A DNA stretch of 64,000 nucleotides from Candidatus Marinacidobacterales bacterium (GCA_965226495.1 OZ245365.1:2240001-2304000); one strand, 5' to 3'; numbered from the stretch's first letter, positions 39,588 through 49,999 are shown. Translations and numbers: made by a program. Notes: generated by a model not told the origin, from the letters alone.

Positions 39588-40421
39588 CTACTTTCCCTTC
39601 TTAGCTTTGTTTTTGTGCTTCGAGTCGTCGTCCGACGAGCCGTCGTCTTTAGAGTCCTTAGAGCCAGAGTCCTTGGACCCAGAGTCCTTAGAGCCGTCGT
39701 CGGAATCCTTGGATGGGACGTCCAACTCCGCGAGGATGGCCTCCGCATCAGCGATGAGCTCATCGGCGTCAAGCGCGGGGATTTTCTTCCCACGCTGAGC
39801 CTCGACTTCGTGGATGAACGCCTTTAGCACGTTGGCTGCGGCGCGGTCGTTCTTGGGGTTGGGATCGCAGAGAGACCGTCCGGCGTTCCTGAGCTTCTTT
39901 ACCAGACTGTTTCCGGTGCCTTGGTGGAGATTCAGATCCTGAACCTTCTGGATAAGGCCACTAAGCGGGTCACAGAGGAGCGGTCCCCGTAGGTAGGAGG
40001 TGAGTCCCTGGGAGGCGAGGCAGCTTTGGCCGCCGTCGGCGTCCATGCAGCCAGATTTCTTGCTAACCCACGTCTCGAGATCGAAATTGGATCGGTTGCC
40101 GGTCAGCGTGCTTCGCACGCACACCAGTGTCCCGTTGGTGACGAGCTCTTGAGGCTTCATGTTGCACACCTTCATGCCACTGCCTATCTGGCTCGTGGCG
40201 TCATCGAAGGTCGCAATAGTGCAGGACCCGCAAGAGAATTCGAGATTGGTCCCGAGGAGAGGTCCGGAAAAGCCCGATCGGCTGATGGCGACGTTGGGCT
40301 CGATGACCTCGGTGAAGTCGTTGTCTGGGCCCAGGATGACGAGGTCGAACTGGTCCATCCAAGAACCGCTCATACCCAGTAGTCCCAGCGCCAACGCAAA
40401 GATCGCGAGTTTGCCGCGCAT
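39588..40421 (-). CDS. Secreted Cys-rich protein with a helical FIMAH-like domain and SKDSG low-complexity tail
   Basis: Signal peptide; NSLVKKL...AANVLKAFIHEVEAQRGKKI...ADELIADA; (SKDSG)n; GGAGG RBS. Confidence 0.75.
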   Translation of the reverse strand: MRGKLAIFALALGLLGMSGSWMDQFDLVILGPDNDFTEVIEPNVAISRSGFSGPLLGTNLEFSCGSCTIATFDDATSQIGSGMKVCNMKPQELVTNGTLVCVRSTLTGNRSNFDLETWVSKKSGCMDADGGQSCLASQGLTSYLRGPLLCDPLSGLIQKVQDLNLHQGTGNSLVKKLRNAGRSLCDPNPKNDRAAANVLKAFIHEVEAQRGKKIPALDADELIADAEAILAELDVPSKDSDDGSKDSGSKDSGSKDSKDDGSSDDDSKHKNKAKKGK

Positions 40422-40697
40422 TTCACCCTCCACCGCCCACTGCAGGCAGCTATCCCTTTACGTAGAAGGCCTGGCATGCACCAGTCCCTCCACATTCTTT
40501 ATCGGGTCATGTTGGGGGTGAGACCAAAACTGAGTTGGATACAAATATAGTACAAGAAAAGAGGGGAGTTTGCCAGTGCGAACCCGGGCCGGCGTCGACT
40601 CTTGTCGACTTTTGCTGACTTTTACTTCAGGGCGTGGGGGAAGGTCGGGGAGCTTGTCGTTCGCTCTCCGAGTGCTATTATTTGATCAAGCTCACAA

Positions 40698-41528
40698 ATG
40701 ACTGTCTATAAGCTTCGCCCCCTTTACTCCCTTTACTTCCTGCCGCTAGCGTTTCTCGTCCTCGCCGCAATGGTCCGCCCGACCACCGGCCAAACGATCG
40801 AGACGTATCGCGCCAAGCACCGCCTCGCCGCAGACCTCGTGGCAATCGCCGAGGGTGCGTTGGGGCCGAATGGTCAGGTTGTTCTCGACACTAGGACGGC
40901 AACCTTGATCCTGAACGGAACTCCGCAGGCGGTGCACAGAGCACTTGCCCTCCTCGAGGCACTCGACCGACCGCTTCGACACGTGGTCGTCACGTATGAG
41001 ATGAAAGAAGGGGCCGAGCTTGACGTTCTCGAAGCTCAGGTGGCCTGGAAGGCGTCCATCGGACCGGTGCGAATTGGAACACTAGGGCTGCCGGGAGATG
41101 GCGTCCGACTCTCTGCGAACGCGACGCGTGTCACCCGGCGTGGCAACTCGAAAGCTTCGCTCAAAATGCTCGAAGGCGGCTCGGGGATGATACGCACCGG
41201 TGAGGCGTTTCCTTTCATATACGAGCCATACTACGGCGCCGGCGTACTGGTTCCGGTCGAGTCCGGTTTCGAAGTGTCCGCTTCCGTCCTGGCCGACGAT
41301 CGAGTGCGGCTCGACCTGCGACCCTTCGCGGGGCGGCTGAAAAAGGACGATACATTGCAGTACACGGCGGCCGAGACCTCGCTCACGGTAACGCCCGGCG
41401 AGATGGTGGTGTTTGCCGAAATATCGGAGGATACGACAGACCAGCAGATCGGTCTGGATGGTGGAGGAAGGCACCATCTGAGCAATCAGCAGGTGCTCAT
41501 CCTATCCGTGGATGTCGAAGAGCCCTGA
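40698..41528 (+). CDS. Small secretin-like protein (NolW-like N-domain plus reduced secretin-like beta domain)
   Basis: Signal peptide; VVLDTRTATLILNG...LEALDRPLRHV; ESGFEV...VRLDL...ETSLTVTPGE. Confidence 0.7.
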   Translation: MTVYKLRPLYSLYFLPLAFLVLAAMVRPTTGQTIETYRAKHRLAADLVAIAEGALGPNGQVVLDTRTATLILNGTPQAVHRALALLEALDRPLRHVVVTYEMKEGAELDVLEAQVAWKASIGPVRIGTLGLPGDGVRLSANATRVTRRGNSKASLKMLEGGSGMIRTGEAFPFIYEPYYGAGVLVPVESGFEVSASVLADDRVRLDLRPFAGRLKKDDTLQYTAAETSLTVTPGEMVVFAEISEDTTDQQIGLDGGGRHHLSNQQVLILSVDVEEP

Positions 41529-41649
41529 CAACAAAGACAACAAGTGCCACCCACTTGGTAATTCCCCAGGATTCAAGGGTTTGGCTTGCAGCCCCGACAG
41601 CCCACAGACTATAGTTCGTTGCCCGGAGTGCTCAGATGAAACTGACGGA

Positions 41650-42591
41650 ATGTTCTTGAATTTTGCTTCGAACCCGTTCGCTCGGTGGCCTCTCGCCCTG
41701 CTGCTCACGTCCCTCATCACCTGGGGATGCAGTGCGGACGAAACATCCGGGACCCAGGATGACGTGGCGGGCGATGGCGAAGAATCGGCTTCCCAACCCG
41801 CGCGGGGTGTCTTCGCGGAAGTCAACGGGACGCGGCTGTTCTACGACGTCAAGGGAACCGGCCAGCCCCTCGTGCTCATCAGCGGCGGTAGCCTCGACAC
41901 GCGGTTATGGGATCAACAGTTCGAGTCATTTGCGCAAGATCGACAGGTCATCCGGTACGACCCTCGCGGGATTGGCCAATCGGATCTCCCCACGGGCCCT
42001 TTCTCGCACGAGCGAGATTTGTATGCTCTGTTGCAATTTCTGGGCATCCAGGAGACCGACCTCCTCGGATTTTCCTTCGGCGGCGGTGTCGCGATCGATT
42101 TTGTGCTCACCTACCCGGAGGTGGTGCGGAAGCTCATCTTGATAGCCCCCGGGCTCAGTAGTTGGAAGGATGAGATCACGCCTGCGCTTGGCGAGCTTTC
42201 GAAAGTAGCGGAGGCGGAGGGCGCCGCGAAGGCGATCGAGCTGATCCTCGCCGACCCGAGTATGCCGACCGAGGAGCACGAAGCGGCTCGGAAGAAGATG
42301 AGCCAGATACTTTCCGAGAACAGCCGCCTCTTCGATTCGAACTTTGCCTATGTAAGGTTCATGGAGCCCAGCGCTCCGCCGGCGCTCGACCGGCTTGTGG
42401 AAATTGGAGCGCCCACCCTCTTGGTCGTGGGAGAGCGAGATCATGCTGCCATCCACGAGAACGTTGATAAGCTCCAGGGAGGCATCGCGGGCGCCAAGAA
42501 AGTCCTGATCATGGGCGCTGGACACATGATCAACCTCGAGAAGCCGAACGAGCTCAATCGAGTGGCCCTCGATTTCTTGAGCACCGATTGA
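41650..42591 (+). CDS. Alpha/beta hydrolase, probable lipoprotein
   Basis: YDPRGIGQS, GFSFGG, VGERD, AGHMINLE; TWGC lipobox-like. Confidence 0.9.
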   Translation: MFLNFASNPFARWPLALLLTSLITWGCSADETSGTQDDVAGDGEESASQPARGVFAEVNGTRLFYDVKGTGQPLVLISGGSLDTRLWDQQFESFAQDRQVIRYDPRGIGQSDLPTGPFSHERDLYALLQFLGIQETDLLGFSFGGGVAIDFVLTYPEVVRKLILIAPGLSSWKDEITPALGELSKVAEAEGAAKAIELILADPSMPTEEHEAARKKMSQILSENSRLFDSNFAYVRFMEPSAPPALDRLVEIGAPTLLVVGERDHAAIHENVDKLQGGIAGAKKVLIMGAGHMINLEKPNELNRVALDFLSTD

Positions 42592-42708
42592 GCCGGCTGC
42601 CACCGGCGCCGCACCCGCAGTATCTGGACTACCATGTCGAACGAGAGGGTTCCGGTCTGGCCTACGGATTTGTGATAAGCTCCGCGCTAAATTTGACCGG
42701 AGGGGCTC

Positions 42709-43152
42709 ATGTCTGAATACATACGTTTTGCCAAGTTACCCATTGTTCTTTTGGTTATCTTCATGATCGCCCGGCTGATCTTGGGAGCAACCGGGGTTCC
42801 TTACGAGAGCGGCACCATCGTCAGCATGGTGTTTCTTGCCTGGATGTCGGCCTTCTTTTTCGGCGCCTTCTCGAGGCGTCTCCGAGCCTACAACTGGAAA
42901 CAGGCCATGATGCTGGGCTTGACGATTGCGCTAGCCGCTCAGGTTCTCATCTTCACCGCGACCCTCGTGTCGTATTTGGTGGGCGCGGAGACCTATTTCA
43001 ACCATCCTACGGCACTCAACCAGCCCGGCGGCCTGACTCTTGGCCAAGCCCTACCGGTTCGTCTCGGCGGGCTCGTCGCTAATAGCATCATCGGCTCCAT
43101 GTGGGGTCTCCTCGGCTGGACGGCGGGAAAGCTGCTTCCTAAGGCCGCTTGA
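42709..43152 (+). CDS. Hypothetical 4-TM membrane protein
   Basis: 147 aa, four hydrophobic segments, GGAGG RBS. Confidence 0.8.
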   Translation: MSEYIRFAKLPIVLLVIFMIARLILGATGVPYESGTIVSMVFLAWMSAFFFGAFSRRLRAYNWKQAMMLGLTIALAAQVLIFTATLVSYLVGAETYFNHPTALNQPGGLTLGQALPVRLGGLVANSIIGSMWGLLGWTAGKLLPKAA

Positions 43153-43156
43153 ATCG

Positions 43157-43199
43157 GAGAGAAGGCCCGGGGGGGGTTCACTCTCCCCGGGCCTTTCTC
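43157..43199. terminator. GC-rich hairpin between convergent genes, overlapping the glgA 3' end
   Basis: gagaaggcccgggg...ccccgggcctttctc; lacks a long U tract. Confidence 0.6.
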
Positions 43200-44635
43200 A
43201 TCGCCAACGCATAGACTTCCAAGTACTGCTGGCAAGCCTTCTTCCAAGAGAAGTCGGTTTTCATGGCCCGCCGAACCAAAGTCCGCCAAACCTCCCGATC
43301 GCCAAAGCGGGCCGCCGCTCTCATTACCCCGTCGATCAGGGCCTTAGCTTCAAACGCGTCGAAGACGAAGCCGTTGCCCGCTGCCTCATCGTGGTCGAAG
43401 TCGGCAACGGTATCCGCCAATCCACCCGTGCGCCGTACCACAGGAATCGTTCCGTAGCGCATCGCGATCATCTGTCCCAGCCCGCACGGTTCGTAACGGG
43501 AAGGCATCAGGAAGAGGTCGGCTCCCGCGTATATGCGCCGCCCGAGCTTTTCGTCGAAACCTTCGTTGAGGCTTACCTGTCCTGGGAATCCCTCTCGAAG
43601 CTTCCTGAAGTCGTTCAGATAGCGGCGCTCCCCACTGCCTAACAACGCGAGCTGAACCCCCGTTTCCAGGAGTTTCGGGGCCGCTTCGAGCAAAAGGTCG
43701 AATCCCTTTTGAGGATCGAGTCTCGCGATAACCGCGGCCACGGGTGCTTTTGTGTCAACGTTGAGACCAAGTCTCTTTTGTAACTCGATCTTGTTGATGC
43801 TTTTGCCCCTCAGCCTACTCATTGTGTAGTTCGCGAAGATTTCTTTGTCCTGTCCCGGGTTCCAGATAGTCGTGTCGATTCCGTTTACTATTCCGAAGAG
43901 CTCTCCGGCGCGATGGTGAAGGACCCCGTCCAATCCTGCACCCGCCTCGGGCGTCTGGATCTCTTTCGCGTAGGTCGGGCTCACTGTGGACAGGAGGTCG
44001 GCATAGACCAGTCCGCCCTTGAGGAAATTGAGCTGGCCAAAGAACTCTAGGCCGTCCATGTGAAAAGTGTGTTCAGGAAGATGCAACCGCTGCAGTTGAC
44101 TCCGGTCGAAGACGCCCTGATAGACCATGTTGTGGATGGAGAGCAGGACCCCTGCCCGCCGAAGGCGAGGGTCGTCGCGATAGTACAGGTGCTTGTAGAC
44201 GGGCAGTAGAGCGGACTGCCAGTCGTTGATATGAAAGACATCGGGTTCAAGATCGAGCACGCGTGCGGCTTCGAGGGCAGCGCGAGAGAGAAACGCAAAT
44301 CGCAAGGCGTTGTCGGAGTAGTCGGCGCCGCTCGTCCCGTAAAGTCCGTCTCGATCGTAGAGGTCCGGGTTCTCCAGGAGGTATACCGGCACGTCTCCCA
44401 GGCTGTACCGCCAAATCCTGCCCTTGTAGGTCGATCCGTCCAAGGGAACCTCGACTTCTAGACCGGTGTCTCGGACTTTGAAAGTCTCGGTGTCGATGAC
44501 CCGATAAAACGGCATCACGACTGAGATGTTCTGCTTGGCGCGACGGAGTGCCAGCGAAAGAGATGCCGCGACGTCGGCAAGCCCCCCCGTTTTGGCTAAG
44601 GGCTCCACTTCCGGCGAGACGAGAACGATGTTCAT
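43178..44635 (-). CDS. glgA: Glycogen synthase
   Basis: KTGGLADV, HINDWQ, TVSPTYA, PSRYEPCGL. Confidence 0.97.
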   Translation of the reverse strand: MNIVLVSPEVEPLAKTGGLADVAASLSLALRRAKQNISVVMPFYRVIDTETFKVRDTGLEVEVPLDGSTYKGRIWRYSLGDVPVYLLENPDLYDRDGLYGTSGADYSDNALRFAFLSRAALEAARVLDLEPDVFHINDWQSALLPVYKHLYYRDDPRLRRAGVLLSIHNMVYQGVFDRSQLQRLHLPEHTFHMDGLEFFGQLNFLKGGLVYADLLSTVSPTYAKEIQTPEAGAGLDGVLHHRAGELFGIVNGIDTTIWNPGQDKEIFANYTMSRLRGKSINKIELQKRLGLNVDTKAPVAAVIARLDPQKGFDLLLEAAPKLLETGVQLALLGSGERRYLNDFRKLREGFPGQVSLNEGFDEKLGRRIYAGADLFLMPSRYEPCGLGQMIAMRYGTIPVVRRTGGLADTVADFDHDEAAGNGFVFDAFEAKALIDGVMRAAARFGDREVWRTLVRRAMKTDFSWKKACQQYLEVYALAMRKARGE

Positions 44636-44744
44636 GGCCTATCGAGGTTTATCTGGACTTTTACCTTTACAGCTTTCGGCGGAGCCGACTACAATCTTCT
44701 GCCGTTAGTATTGTCCATCCTCCGAGGAGGTTCCAAGACGCGTC

Positions 44745-46001
44745 ATGGCTAAGCTCGCCCCCCGAGTTCTCGCGCTGGTGCTCGCCGGAGGAAAGGGCGA
44801 GCGTCTCTACCCGCTGACCGCCGATCGCTCCAAGCCCGCCGTACCGTTCGGTGGCAAGTACCGGATCATCGATTTTGTCCTCAGCAATCTCTCGAACTCC
44901 AATATTACCGCCATCTTCGTCCTGACTCAGTACAAGGCACAATCGCTACTCGAGCATCTGCAAATGGGATGGATCCATAGCTCTGGCCATAACAATTTCG
45001 TGACCGCCGTTCCCGCACAGATGCAATTCGGCGAGGCTTGGTACGGCGGCACGGCCGATGCGATCTATCAGAATCTTGCCCTTCTCGATCGCACGCATCC
45101 CGACCTGGTGGTGGTGTTCGGCGCCGACCACATCTACAAAATGAATGTGGCACAGATGATCGATTTCCATCGTGAACGAGAAGCCGCGGTGACCGTAGCT
45201 TCCCTCCCGATATTGGCCGAAGAGGCGTCCAGCTTTGGAGTCGTGAAGGTCGATGAGAATTGGAGGGTCACGGGTTTCGAAGAAAAACCCGCCACGGCAA
45301 CCGAGATTCCGGAGAAGCCCGGCTACGCGCTGGCTTCGATGGGGAACTACATCTTCGACGCTGCCAAGTTGGTCGAGCTCTTGCGAGAAGATGCTACGGA
45401 TCGCTCCTCGGCGCACGACTTCGGTAAGTCTATCCTTCCCAAGATAGTGAGCTCCCACAAAGTATACGCCTACGATTTTCAACAAAACCGCATTGCCATG
45501 GAGTCGGAGGCGGAGTCCGCCTATTGGAGAGATATCGGTACGATTCAGGCGTACTACGAGGCCAACCTGGATCTCAAGGATGTCCAGCCCAAGCTGAATC
45601 TCTATAACTGGGATTGGCCCATTCGCTCGGTGAACTTCAACGACCCGCCGGCAAAATTCGTTTTCAACGAAGACGGCAAGCGCGGAGATGCGCACCAATC
45701 CCTCGTTGCGTCCGGTTGCATCCTGGCCGGGGGCCGTGTGAAGGACTCGATACTTGGTCGCAACGTCTTCGTCGATCAAGGTGCCGAGGTGGTCAGTTCG
45801 GTCATCCACGACAACGTGCGGATCGGGCGGGGGGTGCGAATCCAAAACGCGATCGTGGACAAAAACAACCGCATCCCTGACGGAGCGACTATCGGCTTCG
45901 ACTTGACGCAAGATCGGGAACGATATTTCGTGTCGGAGGAGGGGTTGGTCGTCGTTGCGCGAGGTAAAGATACGCCCGAGAGCCGAGCTCGCGATTTCTA
46001 G
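44745..46001 (+). CDS. glgC: Glucose-1-phosphate adenylyltransferase
   Basis: LAGGKGERLYPLT, KPAVPFGG, GTADA, FEEKP, YWRDIGT. Confidence 0.97.
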   Translation: MAKLAPRVLALVLAGGKGERLYPLTADRSKPAVPFGGKYRIIDFVLSNLSNSNITAIFVLTQYKAQSLLEHLQMGWIHSSGHNNFVTAVPAQMQFGEAWYGGTADAIYQNLALLDRTHPDLVVVFGADHIYKMNVAQMIDFHREREAAVTVASLPILAEEASSFGVVKVDENWRVTGFEEKPATATEIPEKPGYALASMGNYIFDAAKLVELLREDATDRSSAHDFGKSILPKIVSSHKVYAYDFQQNRIAMESEAESAYWRDIGTIQAYYEANLDLKDVQPKLNLYNWDWPIRSVNFNDPPAKFVFNEDGKRGDAHQSLVASGCILAGGRVKDSILGRNVFVDQGAEVVSSVIHDNVRIGRGVRIQNAIVDKNNRIPDGATIGFDLTQDRERYFVSEEGLVVVARGKDTPESRARDF

Positions 46002-46004
46002 TGG

Positions 46005-47729
46005 TTACTCACCTCGCCAATAGGCTTTGTGCACGTACTCGCTCAACATCCTCGCTGCGTTGAAAAAAGAACCGTTCAGGGAAATCGCCTGGCACATCAC
46101 ATCGATATATCCTTGCCTCTTGTTGTGAAAGAGAGGGAGGATCACGTTCTCGAGCTTGTCGTATAGGGACAGAGCGTCTTTGGTTCGTGGGTCTTCCTCT
46201 CCGGCATGTCTGCCGTCCTCTCCAATCGCCCAGCCGGTAATGCCCTCGATGTGACCTTCGATCCACCAGCCATCTAAGACACTCAGGCTGGGGACTCCAT
46301 TGAGGGCTGCTTTCATTCCGCTGGTGCCGGACGCCTCGAGAGGTGGCTCGGGTGTGTTGAGCCAAAGATCCACTCCTGCTGTGATGAGTCGACCGAGGTC
46401 CATGTCGTATCCCGGGAGATAAACGAGTCGCAGGGGTTCCCTGATTTCGTCCTTAACTGCAAAGATGCTTCGGATAAGAGCCTTACCTTGCTCGTCCCGG
46501 GGATGAGCCTTGCCCGCGAACACCATCTGCAGAGGCCCGAATCGAAAGGCCAGGTCCTGGAGCCTTTGGACGTCGTGGAACAGCAGGTCCGCTCGTTTAT
46601 AGGCGGCGGTGCGGCGGGCGAAGCCAATGGTGAACGCTTCGGTATCGAACGAGCTCTTCGAGATGCGGCTGCTGCGGCTGCTGCGGCTGCTGCGGTTGAT
46701 ACACTCGACGAGCAGAGTCTTGGCCCTGATATGGCTGCCCCATACTTCGTCGTGAGGAATGCTGCTCGCGTAACGGAGACTACTGGCATTCTCCCGCCAG
46801 CCCGGGATGTGTCGATCGAAGAGCTCCTGCATCGAAGGCGCGGTCCAAGTGCCGGCGTGAACACCGTTGGTGATGGAGTCGATTTGATACCCTTGGAACA
46901 TCTGCTGTGAAACTTCCTTGTGTTTACGAGCGACGCCGTTGACATACTCGCTGAGATTGAGCGCGAGGTATGTCAGATTCAACTTATCTTCCAGGATGCA
47001 TAGTTGCTGGATCTCGAAAAGGGGGCTCCCGCCCAGAACGTTCCTCGCGAGGTCGAGCGGGAATCGGTCATGACCTGCGGCGACCGGGGTGTGCGTGGTG
47101 AAGACACATTGAGAGCGGACCGCCGCAAGGTCTTTTTCGCTGATGCTCTTCGAGGTCCGGGAACGCCCACGCTCCTCGAGTAACTCCACCGTCAGAAGGC
47201 TCGAATGGCCCTCGTTCATGTGGTACCGCTCGAGTTGGTTGAAAGCGAGCGCGCGCAGCATTCGGATGCCTCCGATCCCAAGGATCGCTTCCTGGCACAA
47301 CCGATAGCGTTCATCGCCGCCGTACAGGAAGTCGGAGAGTGTTCGGTCCCAGCTCGAGTTCTCGGGGAGATCCGAATCGAGGAAATACACCGGTACACGG
47401 TAGCCTCGTACACCTTCGACCTCGTACTTCCACGACCGGAGCACGACAGTTCGACCTTCGATACGGACCGAGACCCGCTCTGGCATCTCCCGCAGATGTT
47501 TCCGGACCTGCCACTCTTCCGCGAGATCCTTTTGCTCGCCGTCTTCTTCCAGCTCTTGGCGGAAGTAACCCTTGCGGTGAAGTAGGGTGACCGCGACCAA
47601 CGGGAGCTCACGGTCCGCGACGGCACGAATCGTATCCCCGGCGAGAACCCCGAGGCCTCCGGAGTACGTGCGGATCGCGGACTCGAGGCCGATCTCCATT
47701 GAAAAGTACGCAATTCGACTGTCGGGCAA
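46005..47729 (-). CDS. glgP: Alpha-glucan phosphorylase (short form)
   Basis: AYFSMEIG, YSGGLGVLAGD, HMNEGH, AGKAHPRD, EASGTSGMK (PLP Lys). Confidence 0.95.
   Translation of the reverse strand: MPDSRIAYFSMEIGLESAIRTYSGGLGVLAGDTIRAVADRELPLVAVTLLHRKGYFRQELEEDGEQKDLAEEWQVRKHLREMPERVSVRIEGRTVVLRSWKYEVEGVRGYRVPVYFLDSDLPENSSWDRTLSDFLYGGDERYRLCQEAILGIGGIRMLRALAFNQLERYHMNEGHSSLLTVELLEERGRSRTSKSISEKDLAAVRSQCVFTTHTPVAAGHDRFPLDLARNVLGGSPLFEIQQLCILEDKLNLTYLALNLSEYVNGVARKHKEVSQQMFQGYQIDSITNGVHAGTWTAPSMQELFDRHIPGWRENASSLRYASSIPHDEVWGSHIRAKTLLVECINRSSRSSRSSRISKSSFDTEAFTIGFARRTAAYKRADLLFHDVQRLQDLAFRFGPLQMVFAGKAHPRDEQGKALIRSIFAVKDEIREPLRLVYLPGYDMDLGRLITAGVDLWLNTPEPPLEASGTSGMKAALNGVPSLSVLDGWWIEGHIEGITGWAIGEDGRHAGEEDPRTKDALSLYDKLENVILPLFHNKRQGYIDVMCQAISLNGSFFNAARMLSEYVHKAYWRGE
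46664..46695. repeat. 9-bp in-frame tandem repeat within glgP
   Basis: (tgcggctgc)x3.5 encoding RSSRSSRSSR. Confidence 0.85.
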
Positions 47730-47884
47730 GAAAGCTAAGCCCTCCTTTCTTAAGTGTTGGCCTGGGCTAGTGCCGTTCCAACTAGTCTCTGGAACGATAC
47801 TAGGTGCGCTAGTTTATAGGCTCGCTAGCCCCGGACGCGAATCCGGATGGGCCCAGTTAGGTTGGTTGGGTCGGTTGGACTTGT

Positions 47885-49999
47885 TCAACTCCGCCGGATA
47901 CTGGATTTTCTCAAGGTCTCGACGAGCCGAAGGACCTCGACGACTTCCCGCCGCCGAGTGAATTCGTCCAACCGGTATCGAGCCTTTCTCCTCCAGTTGG
48001 GGTTCGCGGTCTTGGGGCCGGGAACGTTTTGAGGTTCGGAGGCCAACCAAAGATCCTCGAGGTTGATGAGGAGCAGTGCCGCACCGCTCGACGCGAGAAA
48101 AGACAAGCAAGACCGCAAGAGCTGAGTGAGTCGCGGGGTCCTACCTCTTGCCCGGAACAATCGTTCCAGGGACTTCCTGACCGCGGTCCGTTCTTGGTGC
48201 TCCTTTTCTGGCTGCTTGTCGGAGATTAGGCCCGATGCGAAGCGGTCGTCGATGTCCAAGCCTGCCACGAAGGCACGAAAGGGAGGTGTGTCGTGCGTAT
48301 TGAGGCTCGCCACCGAGCCACTCGGAACGGGGCGCAGGGGGGGGCGGCTCCGGGGGGCAATCGAGTATTGGAGGACGTAGATCTTCTTGATATTGTGCCG
48401 GGTCATCGCCCGGTTCACACTGCTCGGGACTGTTCCAAGGTTCTCACCAACTAACACCGTCCGGCTGCGGTGGGATTCCAGGCTCAAGATGGCGTAAAGC
48501 TCTTCCGGATGGTAGTGGACGTAAACTCCGTCCTTCGGCTCGATACCCTTCGGAATCCAGAAGAGCCGATGTAGTCCCATGATGTGATCGATGCGAAGCA
48601 TCTTGGCGTGCCGCATTTGGTGTCGCAAGTAGGCGATGACGTAGCGATAGCCCTGCATGCGAATCGCTTCGGGATGAAGCGGAGGAAAGCCCCAGTCTTG
48701 CCCCACAGTGAAAATGCGATCCGGAGGGGCACCCCCCGTCGCGTAGTGTGCGAAAACGCGCTGCTCACGCCAGGCATCGTAGCCATCGGGGTGCACGCCG
48801 AGTGGCAAATCAAGATAGAGCCCCGGCGTCGTTTTCTTTGACAAGGCGCCGAGCTGTTCCTCGGCGAGAAATTGCACATAAAGATGATAGTCGCGAGCGT
48901 CCCGGGCGAAGTCACCCTCGTTCAGCACGCCATCGAACAGGGGGCGAGGCCAGGAGCGCCAGGGGGTTCGAGTTTTCTCGACCGCGGCGCGGAAGCGGGC
49001 GTAGCCTTCGAGCTCCGGGTTGGAGGCGAGGTGCTCTCGCATCGCGGTTCGCCTCGGGCTCGACTCGGGCTCATGAAAGAAAGTGCGCGCCAGCTTCTCG
49101 AGAACCTTCCTTTTGAGTGCCATCTGTCGGCGATAGTCGATCAGGGGTGCGGAGCGAAGAGTCTTCATTTCCTCGAGGGCGGCGCTCGATTCGAGGAAGG
49201 CTCGAGCGCTAGCGCTTCGTTCCAGCTCGGGGGTCCGGGTAGGATCCACGTAGAGCTCGTTCCAGAACAACCTGCTCACCGGGGAGTAAGGGCTAGGATC
49301 GAGTGGTTCGTCCAGAAATGACGCCAACAACGGAAGCGTGCCCACGACCCGACCCTCGAGAGAGGCGGTCCAATCCATGAGCGCTTCGAGATCGGTGAAA
49401 TCGCCCGTTCCCCAGTTTCGTTCGCTATGGAGGGCATAGAGCGGGATGAACGTGCCCCAGTTCCGACCTCTCTTCTCCTTCTTGGGTTGGAAGGCGCGCC
49501 TCGGGGCGGAGAGCATCTTCGTCTCGAAGACTCGACCTCCGGCCTCGAGACGAAGACGGTGGTATCCGAATGGAATCTTCCCCGGAAGGCGGAGCTTCTT
49601 GAGGACGTAGCGGACGCCATCCAATTTGGCGCGCTCCGGGGTACGCAACCGGGCGAACTTGAAGTTGTAAGGATGGAGTTCACCCGATTCCAGCTCGAGA
49701 GCGCAGTGCAGTGATCCCCGGGCTCGGTCCGCGGGAAGTCGCAGGGAGATTTCCGTTGAAGCTCCGTCCCATGCGGTGACGGTTGGTTCGACCACGCGAT
49801 TCCATTGGGCTCGCTCCCGCTCCCGAAGCTCGGCGGGCACGTCATCCAAGGTTCGGAGACCGGCGCCGAGCGCCCTCAAGGTATGAAGAAGAGCCTCGGG
49901 CGACGCCTGCTGGCGTCGTTGAAACATATCTGTGTAGGCGCTCTGGACGCCATACAGGCGTGCCAATTGCCGCAGCTGACCAAGCAGGGGCTTGCTCAT
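47885..49999 (-). CDS. malQ: 4-alpha-glucanotransferase (GH77)
   Basis: SPYSPVSR, YLDLPLG, GAPPD, GQDWGFP, RIDHIMG, GENLG, NTHD, NWRR. Confidence 0.96.
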   Translation of the reverse strand: MSKPLLGQLRQLARLYGVQSAYTDMFQRRQQASPEALLHTLRALGAGLRTLDDVPAELRERERAQWNRVVEPTVTAWDGASTEISLRLPADRARGSLHCALELESGELHPYNFKFARLRTPERAKLDGVRYVLKKLRLPGKIPFGYHRLRLEAGGRVFETKMLSAPRRAFQPKKEKRGRNWGTFIPLYALHSERNWGTGDFTDLEALMDWTASLEGRVVGTLPLLASFLDEPLDPSPYSPVSRLFWNELYVDPTRTPELERSASARAFLESSAALEEMKTLRSAPLIDYRRQMALKRKVLEKLARTFFHEPESSPRRTAMREHLASNPELEGYARFRAAVEKTRTPWRSWPRPLFDGVLNEGDFARDARDYHLYVQFLAEEQLGALSKKTTPGLYLDLPLGVHPDGYDAWREQRVFAHYATGGAPPDRIFTVGQDWGFPPLHPEAIRMQGYRYVIAYLRHQMRHAKMLRIDHIMGLHRLFWIPKGIEPKDGVYVHYHPEELYAILSLESHRSRTVLVGENLGTVPSSVNRAMTRHNIKKIYVLQYSIAPRSRPPLRPVPSGSVASLNTHDTPPFRAFVAGLDIDDRFASGLISDKQPEKEHQERTAVRKSLERLFRARGRTPRLTQLLRSCLSFLASSGAALLLINLEDLWLASEPQNVPGPKTANPNWRRKARYRLDEFTRRREVVEVLRLVETLRKSSIRRS

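Noticed and set aside
44946-45911. 321-aa minus-strand ORF
   Set aside because: Antisense shadow of glgC
46005-47729. glgP as a truncated pseudogene
   Set aside because: All catalytic motifs and a normal C-terminus are present, and short phosphorylases of this size are a known form
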